Shown here piece after piece: positions 39,925 through 51,600 of a DNA stretch of 64,000 nucleotides; within the stretch, counting starts at the first letter, position 1; each line of letters begins with the position of its first letter. Position numbers and translations under genes: made by a program. The notes beneath the pieces are model-generated. The model did no database searches and had not been told where the DNA came from. It saw only the letters and a program-made list of their open reading frames with translations. The stretch lies in the NCBI GenBank assembly GCA_964016885.1, contig OZ024742.1:349928001-349992000 (forward strand), in the 5' to 3' direction. This stretch comes from Eledone cirrhosa (Eukaryota).

Positions 39925-40082
39925 TAATTATCCCAGTACATTACTGATACTTTATTTTATCGACCCCGTAAGGATGAAAGGCAAAGTTAACCTCGGCGGG
40001 ATTTGAACTCAGTCCGTAAAGGGGCGTAACTATGCTGCAATGCATGGTGTCCGACACTCTACCGATACTGTCAATCCACCAC
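39925..40082 (-). mobile_element. SINE, same family, minus strand
   Basis: Reverse complement of the SINE (TTTATCGACCCCGTAAGGATGAAAGGCAAAGTTAA...GATTTGAACTC...CAATCCACC). Confidence 0.85.
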
Positions 40083-40510
40083 GTTTATCACATAATACGG
40101 CTTCAGCTGCTTATGTCACACATTAATACACATCTTAATTTAACTTCCAGCGCAAAAATAGTGCAAATCAGTTCATCCATTTCACGGTACTGTTACAAGT
40201 GATAGAATATCCAGGGGTCTCTATTACATATTTACTTATGATTACTTGACTGATATACATATCTTCTGATTAAAGTGAAACTTGATTTCGAAACCTGTTA
40301 AAGGTATGTATGTTTTCTATTTAAAGAGAAATAACCTAAGGGGACGTAACTAAATGCCATTTAGCAATTTGTCGGATGCTCTAATGATTCTGCTAAGCTT
40401 CTGCCCTACGGAACTGTACTAATAAAGTAATGATTCTTGTTATAGGAGGTAATCGTAAAATACTCAGGTGTACAATTGCAGTCATAAATTTTATTTACTT
40501 CCATTATTAA

Positions 40511-41690
40511 GGGCGGTGGATGGCAGTATCGGTAGAGGGTCTGACGCCATGCTTTACAGCAAAGAGTTACAGCCCTTGCCATTCTGAGTTCAAATCCCGC
40601 CGAGGTTAACTTTGCTTTCATCCTTACGGGGTCGATAAAATAAAGTACCAGTAATACACTGGGATAATTGCTGGCCTTGTGCCAAAAGTAGAAACAATAA
40701 TTAAGAGCCGTGGATTGGCAGTATCGGTGGAAGGTCGGACGCCATGCTTTCTAGCATAGTTACGTCCCTTTACGGTCTGAGTTCAAATTAAGTCGAGGTT
40801 AACTTTGCCTTTCATCGTTACGGGGTCGATAAAATAAAGTACTAGCAACACACTGGGGTAATTGCTGGCCTTGTGACAAAAGTAGAAACAATTATTAAGA
40901 TGTACAATGCTTCCCGGCATAAGATTATGGCTCTTTACGTCCTGAGTTTAAATCCCGCCGAGGTTAGCTTTGCCTTTCCTACTTACTGGGTCGATGAAAT
41001 AAAGTACCAGTAACGTACTGAATCGATTTAATTAACTTCCCCTCCCCCAAAATGGTTGGCCTTGCACTTAAATCAGGAACCATTATTAAGATCGACAAGT
41101 ATGGCGGTGGATTGGCAGAATAATTTGTGTCGGCAAATACTTTGTGGTATTTAATTACAGTCATTTACGTTCTGAAGTGAAATCAAGCTGAGGTTAACTT
41201 TACCTTTCACCATTCCGAGAACGATAAAATAAAGTACCAGTTAAATACTGGAGTTGATATAATCAACTTTACTTGACCCAAAATTTGCTGATCTTCTGCT
41301 TAAATTATAAAGAATTATTAAGATCGATAAGGACAGTAGATTAGTAGTATCGATAGTGTCAGTATTGACTTACCACTTTCTATATTCTGGATTCAAATAC
41401 GGCACAGGTCAAATTTGCCTTCCATCCTCTCGGGGTCGATAACATAAAATACCAATAAAGTACCGAGGTAGGTATTAATGACCTTCATCCAACCCTCAAA
41501 CTGTTGGCCTTGTGCATAAATTAGAAACTATTATTGTTATTCTGAGCTTAAATCCTGTCAAAGTTATCTTTGCCTTTCATCCTTATGCGGCAGATAAAAT
41601 AAAGTACCAGTAATACACTGGTGTCAATTTAATCGACTTTCCTCTCCCACAAATTGTTGGCCTTATGCCTAAATCCTAAACAATTATTGT
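40511..41690 (+). mobile_element. Head-to-tail cluster of about 6 SINE copies (two subtypes)
   Basis: Body motif GTCGATAAAATAAAGTACCAGT or variants near 40631, 40825, 40990, 41222, 41435 and 41592. Confidence 0.85.
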
Positions 41691-41899
41691 TATTCTCTAC
41701 TACTTTATATCGCGGAGTGATTGAAATGCTAGAAATGCTACTAATTCTTTAATATAATTTGTAGAAGAGACACAGAGGAGTGGTTTCCCTTGTTACGTTC
41801 TCCCAACTAAAGAAATAAACAGTGTTCCCGCTGGTTACCCACAGGTGCAGTGGATCAACAGATGATAATAGTTTTGCTCCTCATACACAATATGTGGTT

Positions 41900-42235
41900 A
41901 CGGTATGGCTCAATGTTTAAGAGGATAGAAGAAAAAATAAAAGCATTTATTAGTCCCCCGTTCGATCTCACTGTGTAGCTCCACGGGCAAGTGACCCCAT
42001 AGTCAACTCATGTCTTGCAAGTGTAATTATGTGGATGGAAACTGTTGGAAGCTCGTCTGATAGACTGTACCTGTAATTCAATGGGTCAGCCTTGTTATAC
42101 ACTGTGTGATGCTGATAGCTCCAGGGTACATGTGTCTATGGCATGCTCAACTACTTACACATTAGTTTCACCAGCAGATTGTGCCATTGATAAAACAACT
42201 GGAACATTCATCATTGAAACCGACGGATGTCCGTT
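41900..42235 (+). mobile_element. Degenerate SINE of a further family (related minus-strand fragment at ~43920-44085)
   Basis: A/B-box-like TGGCTCAATG..GTTCGATC; body GTACCTGTAATTCAATGGGTCAGCCTTGT resembles the reverse complement of ACAAGTCTGGCCCTTGAAAT near 44060. Confidence 0.55.
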
Positions 42236-42609
42236 CCATACACAACGCAGCACTTAGATTGAGTTACGAACTACACTACATAGCTAAGTTGTTTACTAAA
42301 TATAAAACAAATCTATTTGAAACTATAAACTATTCAATCGCTACCTCTTCGTCTTCTTTCTTTTCTCTTATTCTATCTAAAACTAAAATTTATTCCTGAA
42401 AATATTATTCAAAATACAATGAAATATGAATCGGATTCCAAGATTGTTGTGCCAAGAAAGCAAATCCTTTTCATTGGTTTTATAAATTCACTTTTCACAA
42501 AATATTTTTCTCCTTAAGCATCAGATCAACTGACAACAAATAAGAAAAGACTGAGTATAAAAAATACATTTTAAAGTATTATTTATCTGATTCTTTTGAC
42601 GGTGAATTG

Positions 42610-42797
42610 TCGTAGAGTTTTTAGAGAAGACTTTCAATCTTTTTACCAAGAATAGTAACTGGGAGGAATCGACTTCAAAATGGAAATATAAATGGAACAT
42701 AGAGATCGATTCCCCGAGACCTTGTATCTAGTCACTGCAGTTCTTACTGTGTAAATAACTAACTTTTTCGAAGGACAATAGCGGCTTAGTTCGAAGT
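42610..42797 (-). pseudogene. PLE endonuclease C-terminal remnant
   Basis: FELSRY...VRTAVTRYKVSGNRSLCSIYISILKS resembles the C-terminus seen at 26577-26873. Confidence 0.5.
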
Positions 42798-43190
42798 GTG
42801 ATGGCTTCACCTCTATTATGGCTCTTACGATTAAATATAAGCCTTTTATATGTATATATATATATATATATATCAATGATATTAATAAATGGAAACTATA
42901 TTTATAAAACCATATTTATTCTATTCTATATATTTGGTACGCACTCATCAGATAAAATACAAAATTTGTTTTATAAATAGTGACATACCCAGGAATCAGG
43001 CCTTAAATAAAATAAAATTAAATATCTCTTTGCTTATATATTGTTGTTTGTTCACTTTCCTTTGTCCTGATAACTTAATTTAGTTATCGTTCGCACTGAT
43101 TTGAGTTATCTAGTCTTTAATGCGAAGAAATACCAATGAGAATCAGCAGACTATTGATGACAGACTTTTCCTATTTCTCGGTCTATATAT

Positions 43191-43300
43191 ATAGGAACAA
43201 GTAAGACCCCGACGGCTGAGCTCAAGCCGTTTCGACGGACGTCCAGAATTAGCCGTCGAAACGGCTTGAGCTCAGCCGTCGGGGTCTTACTTGTTCCTAT
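43191..43300. repeat. Perfect inverted repeat (48-bp arms, 14-nt spacer) containing the 3' half of a hammerhead
   Basis: 43191-43238 is the reverse complement of 43253-43300; right arm reads CGAAAC-GGCT tgagctc AGCC-GTC-GGGG. Confidence 0.88.
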
Positions 43301-43375
43301 TACCCACTCTACTACCCTAAGTATTGAGTACTTTGGTGCGTTATGGTCCACTTGGTTCCTTACCACATTTCCTTC

Positions 43376-43439
<64 letters not shown>

Positions 43440-43557
43440 TAACAGCCTAAAATTTAAGCAAAGAATCGCTGCTTTCACCTTTAACGGGATCTTCTGAAAC
43501 TAAAAGATCCCGTTAAGGGTGAAAGCAGCGATTCTTTGCTTAAGCTTTAGTCTGTTA
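43440..43557. repeat. Inverted duplication (~54-bp arms) of the PLE 3' end also seen at 27890-27950
   Basis: AAGATCCCGTTAAGGGTGAAAGCAGCGATTCTTTGCTTAA and its reverse complement, adjacent to (TA)n. Confidence 0.85.
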
Positions 43558-43651
43558 ATACATATTTTCTCTAGGGTTCTTATATATTCGGTATATATTT
43601 ATCCTTATCGAGTTCTCTTTGGATTTTAGTCTTCACATTTGTTATTATTAC

Positions 43652-43738
<87 letters not shown>

Positions 43739-44684
43739 GAGAAGATAAAGAAAATTTCGTTTGTGTATGTATGTTTAATTGTTTTTATTTTCATTGTTTA
43801 CTCCTGCTCTAGGACTTCTGATATTATCTAAAAATATTCCATAATTTTATATGAGAATATTTCATAAGTTATGATCCAAATACTAAATCAATAATGAGAA
43901 ATTTATATTACTGTTGTTGTTGGACCCTCGCCTGCTCTGATGATGAGTGTTACATTTATTTGGAACAGCGTGGCCATGAAATTAATGTTTGGCTAAATAT
44001 TCTAAAGACTGGTGTAACACCTTAATGTCATTCACAAGGAGATTCAGGAGACAGAATGACAAGTCTGGCCCTTGAAATCCAGCTGAGTGTATAAGAGCAA
44101 TATAAAGTGAAGTCACTTGGTCAAGGTCGAACTCACAACCTATTTATAATGAACTGAACACCTCAAACACAAAGTCACACTCATTTATATTAACTTACCA
44201 TATCCCTTCTTCATATTAGAAATATGGTAACACAAGAGAGATCCATTCTGTCCGCCGGAGCTGCGGGTGGGCCCCATCGCGTACCGTTGTAGTTGTTGTA
44301 GAAGAAACAGGAAGACAACAACTGGAAACTACATGATAGTAAACCTCTTTCTCCTTGCTGCTGTGTAATCCGTATTCCTGAAGTAAGATTTAATGATCCT
44401 CTCAGAGAGAATAAACTATCACACTTGTTTAGAGACTCTGCCCCATAGATATCACACACACATATACAGACACACACACACACACACGCACATACACACA
44501 CACTGCCAACTCCGAAGCGAATGGGACACGGCGCAGTGGAGCCACATGACATTCGAGATAGACAGAGGTCAACGCTGAGCTGAGTGAGACACCAACAGAG
44601 AAACATGTTTCTACATTCTATCTTCTAGTAACGCAACATACAATATACTTCTTCTTTCGGGCGAGATTGAACTCTGAACAGTCT

Positions 44685-45825
44685 GGTGTTGTGATCCCCT
44701 GGTGTAGTGACCCCCTGATGTAGTGAACCCCTGATGTAATGAACCCCTTATGTAATGACCCCCTGATGTAGTGACTCCCTGATGTAATGACCCCCTGATG
44801 TAGTGACACCTTGATGAAGTGATCTCCTGATGTATTGACACCCTGTTGTAGTGACCCCCTGATGTAGTGACACCCTGTTGTAGTGACCCCTTGATGTAGT
44901 GACCCCCTGATGCAGTGACACCCTATTATAGTGACACCCTGATGTAGTGACCCTCTGATGTAGTGAACCCTCATGTAATGATCCCCTGTTGTAGTGACCC
45001 CCTGATGTAGTGACACGCTGTTGTAGTGACCCCCTGATGTAGTGACCCCCTGATGAAGTGACACCCTGTTATAGTGACACCCTGATGTAGTGAACCCCTG
45101 ATGTAATGACCCCCTGATGTAATGACCGCCTGATGTAGTGACACCCTGATGTAGTGATCTCCTGATGTATTGACCCCCTGTTGTAGTGACACCCTGTTGT
45201 AGTGACCCCTTGATGCAGTGACCCTCCGATGTAGTTACCCCCTGATGTAATGACCGCCTGATGTAGTGACACCCTGATGTAATGACCGCCTGATGTATTG
45301 ACACCCTGTTGTAGTGACACCCTGATGTAGTGACCCCCTGATGCAGTGACCCCCCGATGTAGTTACCCCCTGATGTAATGACACCCTGATGTAGGACCCC
45401 CTGATGCAGTGACCTACTGATGTAGTAACCCCCCGATGTAGCGACCTACTGATGTAATGACCCCCTGATGTAGTGACCCCCTGTTGTAGTGACCCCTTGA
45501 TGTAGTGATCCCCTGATGTAATCTGATGTAGTGATCTACTGGTGTAGTGACCTATTATGCAGTGACCCCTGACGTAGTGACCCCCTGACGTAGTGACTCC
45601 CTGACGTAGTAACCCCCTGATGTAGTGACCTACTGACGTAGTAACCCCCGATGTAGCGACCTACTGATGTAGTGACCTACTGATGTAGTGACCTACTGAT
45701 GTAGTGACCCCCTGATGCAGTGAAACCCTGTTGTAGTGACCTACTGAGCAGTGACACCATGTTGTAGTGACCTACTGATACAGTGACCCCCAGATGTAGT
45801 GACCGACTGAAGACGTGATCCCTGA
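44685..45825. repeat. 15-16 bp minisatellite (TGATGTAGTGACCCCC and variants)
   Basis: Read directly; about 70 units. Confidence 0.95.
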
Positions 45826-46246
45826 TCAGTTGACCATTTCATGAAATGATCAACTCAGGACCTGATCCATAATGAAGTGATCAATCCATGAGGTGAATAT
45901 TTATCCCCGTCCCCCAATAATCATGTTATGTAATCCTCCAAATAAGTAAACCTTTGGATTACTTAGCATATTACAAAATACATTGGTCCCAAATCAGAAA
46001 CTGTTTCACATACAAACATCCGAGATCGTCCCCCCACCCCCTCAACTAAATAACATGATGATGTTTGGCAACATTTTTCTATCCCTGACCCATCATCTCT
46101 TCTCTCTCTGCTTTTTCCTGCTTCAATTGATTTCTTTAAGTTATTTAACGTTATATTCATTGTATTTTTATTTCAATTTAAATATTACATAAGAAAACTC
46201 TTGAGTTGAAGTTGTTTAAACATACGATCAATTTGTCTAAAATATT

Positions 46247-46330
46247 TCTTCTTCTTCTTCTTCTTCTTCTTCTTCTTCTTCTTCTTCTTCTTCTTCTTCT
46301 TCTTCTTCTTCTTCTTCTTCTTCTTCTTCT
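46247..46330. repeat. (CTT)n microsatellite
   Basis: Read directly. Confidence 0.95.
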
Positions 46331-46801
46331 CTCTCTCTCGCGCTCTCTCTCATTTCTTTCTCGCTCTTTGTGTCAATCTCTCATTGTTTTCCTTGCTATC
46401 ATCTTCCTGACATTTGGTAGGTAGCAGACCACAGTTCCATAACCTAACCACACTCCTCGGGGGATAACATGGCGTACAGTTTACATGCCAAGACCGTTGT
46501 CTATATATTTCTAGTCACAATTTTGTACGTACTTTTGGTTCTTCAGTTCATCCCCCGCCGCTATCTATCTATCTCTCTCTCTACGATGGACACGTGTGCT
46601 GAGCTCGCTCGGTAAGTTTTTGTTTAAATTCATACGGAAATTGTAAACTGTAAACTTTCATTTTTGTACCATTTTGTAGAGGGACTGCCAGGTCAAACTT
46701 TGATCTGGTCGGGCTCTCAAAATATTCTGCGCCTTTGGGCGAAATAGTATTGTGAACATTTTATCTTTCGAAAAACTTCGAAAAACCCTATTTTGAGAAA
46801 A

Positions 46802-46981
46802 ATGGCTGAAGCATCTTCACCATCAATCAAAGAAGGAAAGGGGAAGTCATACTCACAGCTTCCCCCTGCCACTGTCACAGCAGCAGATGCCAAAGGCAGA
46901 GGTCAGAGAGAGGAATAATTGTCTTCACCTGTTGACCGACCACTAGATGTAGCCACAACTACACAAGAATTTGAAAACAAC

Positions 46982-47012
<31 letters not shown>

Positions 47013-48654
47013 GCAACAATAAAGACAACAAAAACAACAACAACACAAACGTCACAAGTATCCACACACGAAACGAGAAAGACAACAACAACAACAAAGA
47101 TGAAAACAACTCAAACGACGAGAAACAAAACAATACTAATATCCAAAACGAAAACAAAATATCTTTTGCACAAACGGCTAAATTATCAGTCGCTTATGTG
47201 CTGGAAGATATTTCAAAAGCAAAAGAAATGCTGGAAAAAGCCAAGAAATATGTGTCTTTTGGCGAAAACGGTTCGTTTTCTATACATTCACCTCCGGAGC
47301 TAAAAAGACAGACGGAATTACGAACTGTCGTATTCCGAACAATTTTAAATAAAACAAAGAAACCAGCGCAACCATCTCAAGCGGAAATTCAGTTAGTCTT
47401 GAAAGACGCGATGAGAGACATCACTTTCATACAAAAGGATAAACTCTATGGGAGTTTATCCATATTGATGAAAGACGAATTGGCGGCAAAAAAATACTCT
47501 GTGTCGCCAATTCGGTCCACACACTACACCTTCTTCCCCACCTACATGGGTAAAAAAACCCAGAGGATATGGATAACCACCATCACCCCAAACATAAACT
47601 ACTGGTGGTTACTAACCGGTTTCCTCAATTTAGACGAGGACAACCGCATCTCAATAGGGAAGGCATCCGGCGACGCGTTCAGTGGAACGAGCCTCGAAGT
47701 TCTGACCCAAATAAGGCCAGAACGCATCGCCCAAATCCCTGAGCGCGTCAGGCTGGATGACCGTACCCACCTCAACATTATTGTGGAGGGAGGCGTCCCT
47801 CCTGTTACCTCTGTGGCAATAGAGGTCACCTGAGGGCTGCCTGTCCCCAGCTCACACAGAAAAAAACACTGCTACCAACACCAACACCACCCCAACTACA
47901 ACAACAAAAACAACCACAACAACAACAAAAACCAACAACCCCACCACCACCACCACAACAACAACAACAACAAACACGTGAAAAAATAACACAGAATACT
48001 GTCCCACCCAATCCCTCCCCACCCAAAACAAATACAAAAACACGCACACCGCAAACACTACCAGAAAACATACCCCTCCCACCCAACAAGGAAGACGAAC
48101 CTCTTTCGTCGCAAGACGAAAAAGATCCCTTCCAACAAGTAAAAAGAAAGAAGAGGAGACGCACCACAGACACACATGTTAACTTTAATCCCCCCCAAGA
48201 GAACACAAACTACACACAAACCACCCCTCCCTGTCACACAACACTAACTGCTACACAAAAAAAGACCTTACAATACACATACATGAACACAGACAACAAA
48301 GAATTACGGAAAACAATTTCAGCAAACCCTTCGGTCCAAACTGAAGGGCCAAACTTTATAACTGCTGTGGGACTACCTCATTTGAAAATGATAAAAGTCC
48401 CAATGCACTTGTACAAAACACTGAAAATAAATTTCACGGAGGACGTGGGCCCCCCCTGCGCCAAACCAATCAACCGCGTCCTCCTAAAAAATTTCACCCC
48501 CCCACCCCACCCAGACACCCACTCAACGACAAACACCCCAACCCCACAACACACCGATGCCCCTTCACTTCCACAAACCACAACCCCACCCAACAACCCA
48601 TCCCCAACCAGCATGGAAATTGAGCGGCCCGTTTCCCGGGACGCAGAGAGGTAA
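46802..48654 (+). pseudogene. LINE ORF1 (gag-like, zinc knuckle CYLCGNRGHLRAAC), disrupted
   Basis: ATG at 46802, in-frame TAA at 46916-46918, frameshift near 47790 relative to copy B (VESRRPSCYHCLSSGHLRASC); ends TAA 48654. Confidence 0.82.
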
Positions 48655-48678
48655 GTGCCTTTTCTCTTTACCACCAAC

Positions 48679-51600
48679 ATGGCTGTGCTAAGAGTAGGGT
48701 GTCTAAATGCGCGTGGCCTGGGCTCGTCTTGGAAGCAAGCAATGCTTCTAAATGACCTCAGGTCACAATCTATAAATGTGATGGTTATCTGCGAGGCCCG
48801 GATCAGCAGCATGCGACAGCTAGCCCCCACCTTTGACGACTTTGAGATGCACGCATCTCTCTGTCAGCCCGGAGGTGGGGGTGGGGTTGTCGTTCTGCTG
48901 CAAAAACATATGGGCCTTGCAACACAGATAGTTCACTTGGACCCAGGGGGTCGACTGGTGGTGCTGGACCTTGGCAGTGGTGAAGGTAGAGCCTTTAGGC
49001 TGATAGCCGCATATGCCCCTTTTGGGACAGAGCGGCCCGACTTTTTCCAGCGTCTGGAGTCTTTTCTAGGGACGTCCCGTTCCCTGCTTTTAGTGGGGGA
49101 TTGGAATGGTATCCTGGATGCACGTTGGGACTATGCAGGGGCATGTCCCGATAGAGAGGGGTGCAACAGCCTCAAGGGGTTACTCGGCCGATTTGACCTG
49201 GCCGATAGATTTCGACTAGATTTTCCGACGGTGCCAACCTGGTCTTGGTCAAATCGCAGCGGATCATCTAGATCGTACCTAGATAGATTTTTAGTTAGAA
49301 ATAAGGACAGGGACTTTTTAAGTTGTCCAGAAATGCTCATGGTTGGCTATTCAGACCACAAGTTGGTGACCTGCATGGTCAACCTTGATAGAACGCATAG
49401 ACAGGGCCCCGGTTACTGGAAGCTCAACTTGTCCTTGCCGGCAAGTAGAGCCTACAGGAATCGGATTAGTACGTTAGTTAAGGAACGGTTGACTGGAGCG
49501 ATCGTCAACAGCAGGTGGTGGGTATCTCTAAAGAGAGAGATTAGAGTAGTCTCGATTGAATTTAGTAAGGTTCTAGCTGCGGATAGGAATAGGAAGGAAA
49601 GGGAGCTAATAGATAGAGTAGAAGAGGCAATTAGAAGCGGCGACGTGGCCAGAGTGCTAGCGTCGAGAACGGCTTTGAGCCAGTTTTTCGACGCGAAGCA
49701 CGAAGGCTGCGTTGTCCGAAGTAAAATACGTGCTCTAGGGAACGAGGGGGCCAAAGCTGTTAGCTGGGCCCGCGTGACAGAGGCCAACAGTGGAACTAAA
49801 TCCACCATCCGGTCTTTGCGAGACCTGGATGGACGGGCGATTCTTGAGCCTAAGCAGATGTGTGAGGCCTTTCAAAGGCACTTTGCCCGACTGTTCGGGA
49901 GGGGCGGGGAGCCGGTTGGGAACGTGGACTTCGGTCCATACCTCGACGGCCTGCCGCGTCTCTCGGACAGGGAGGCGAAGTCCTGCGAGGAGCCGATTTC
50001 GGTCGCTGAGATAGAGGACGTGCTGAGCCAATGCGGCAAACGCAAATCCCCGGGTCTCGATGGTCTTCCTTACGAATTATATCTAGCTATGCCGGACTTG
50101 TTCCCCGATCTCCTCGAGGCGGTCTACTGCAACAGGCAACAGAACGGGAGAATTCCCTGTACTGTGACCAAGGGCGTAGTCACGCTGGTGAGGAAGGACG
50201 AGAACAAGGGGGACGAAATAAGTAACTTCAGGCTCATAACTCTGCTAAATACAGAGTTACAGATTTTGGCCAAGGTGCTAGCAAAGAGGTTGGCGCTTGT
50301 CGTGGGCAACCTGGTGGGAGATGCACAGACATGTGCTATCCCGTCCAGGTCCATCCATGACAACCTCCACCTCATGCGATACATCATAGAGAGGGTTGGG
50401 AACGAACCCGGTTTTGGTGGGGCTCTGATCAACTTGGATCAATGTAAGGCGTTCGATAGGGTCGACCATGGTTACCTGGATGCGGTGCTAGCGGCGGCAG
50501 GCTTCGGACCCGTTTTCAGGGGCTGGATCACTGCCATGCACAGCGACCGCATCTGCTCTAGGGTCAAGGTGAACGGCTACCTCTCGGAGCCGTTCAAAAT
50601 CGCGCGGTCCATCCGACAAGGGTGCCCTCTCTCCTCCCTTCTGTATGTGTTGACTTTCGAGCCACTACTGCGGAAGTTGGAGTTGTTGCAGGGCATCCCT
50701 TTGGAACCGGGATTGCGGAAAGCGGTGTCGGCCTACGCCGATGACGTGACAGTAATGGTGTCGACGGCCTCCGAAATCGAGGCGGTCGGCACCTTACTGG
50801 AGGAGTACGAAAGGTTCACAGGGGCTAAGCTGAACCGGGACAAGTCGATCGGTTTGCAACTCGGCACGTGGAGGGGCAGACCGATGCCCTCCGATGGCGT
50901 CGTCGGACGCTGGACGGAGGGCCCGGTGAAGTTGCTCGGGGTCTGGTTCGGACCGGACCTCCAGGTGGAGAAAAACTGGGCGGAGGTTACGAACAGGGTG
51001 TTTGCACTGACCCAGAAGTGGGCCAGTTGCAAACTATCCCTGAAAGGTCGGGCGGAGGTGGCGAACACCTCTATAGCGTCCGTCATCTACTATCGCCTGA
51101 CCGTAGTGCCCTGCCCAAGGGAAACCCTCACCAAGATGGAGCGCGCGCTCTTCCAATTCCTTTGGAAGAGGCGGGCTCCTATGGTGAGGAGATCCATCTG
51201 CTGTCAACACCCTTCGAAAGGAGGGCTGGGGCTGCCGTGGCTAATGATGCGTAAACACGCATTAAGGCTACGGCACCTCTACGTACTCCTCACCGGTGAA
51301 CCGGTGTGGGCCTCGTTTGTGAGACGAACCTTTCCCAGACTCGTCTCACTCACCGAGCTGCAATCCTGGGTCAAGCAAAGACCGAGAAAACTGGGCGCCT
51401 GGCACACTGAGTGTGCCCAGGCGCTCACCGCCCTCTGGCAGGCGGATCCGGTTATCAGTGGAGACTCCACCGCAACATTCTATAGAGGGCTGGTACGCAG
51501 CAGGTGCGACGACGCCCTCGGAGAAGCCCTAGACATGGAGGAGGACGAACTGGCCAGCCTGTTCGGTAGGACATTCAACCCGGGACCTATGGACAACTTC

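Noticed and set aside
40255-40312. Hammerhead-like CTGATTAA...CGAAACCTGTTAAAGGTA
   Set aside because: Core is mutated and stems I and II cannot be formed convincingly.
44618-44673. Possible minus-strand terminal exon (EFNLARKKKYIVCCVTRR*)
   Set aside because: No recognisable homology, no pyrimidine tract, and no other exons identifiable.
44618-45304. 228-aa minus-strand ORF with GSLHQGVTTSGGHYIR repeats
   Set aside because: Translation of the 15-16 bp minisatellite.
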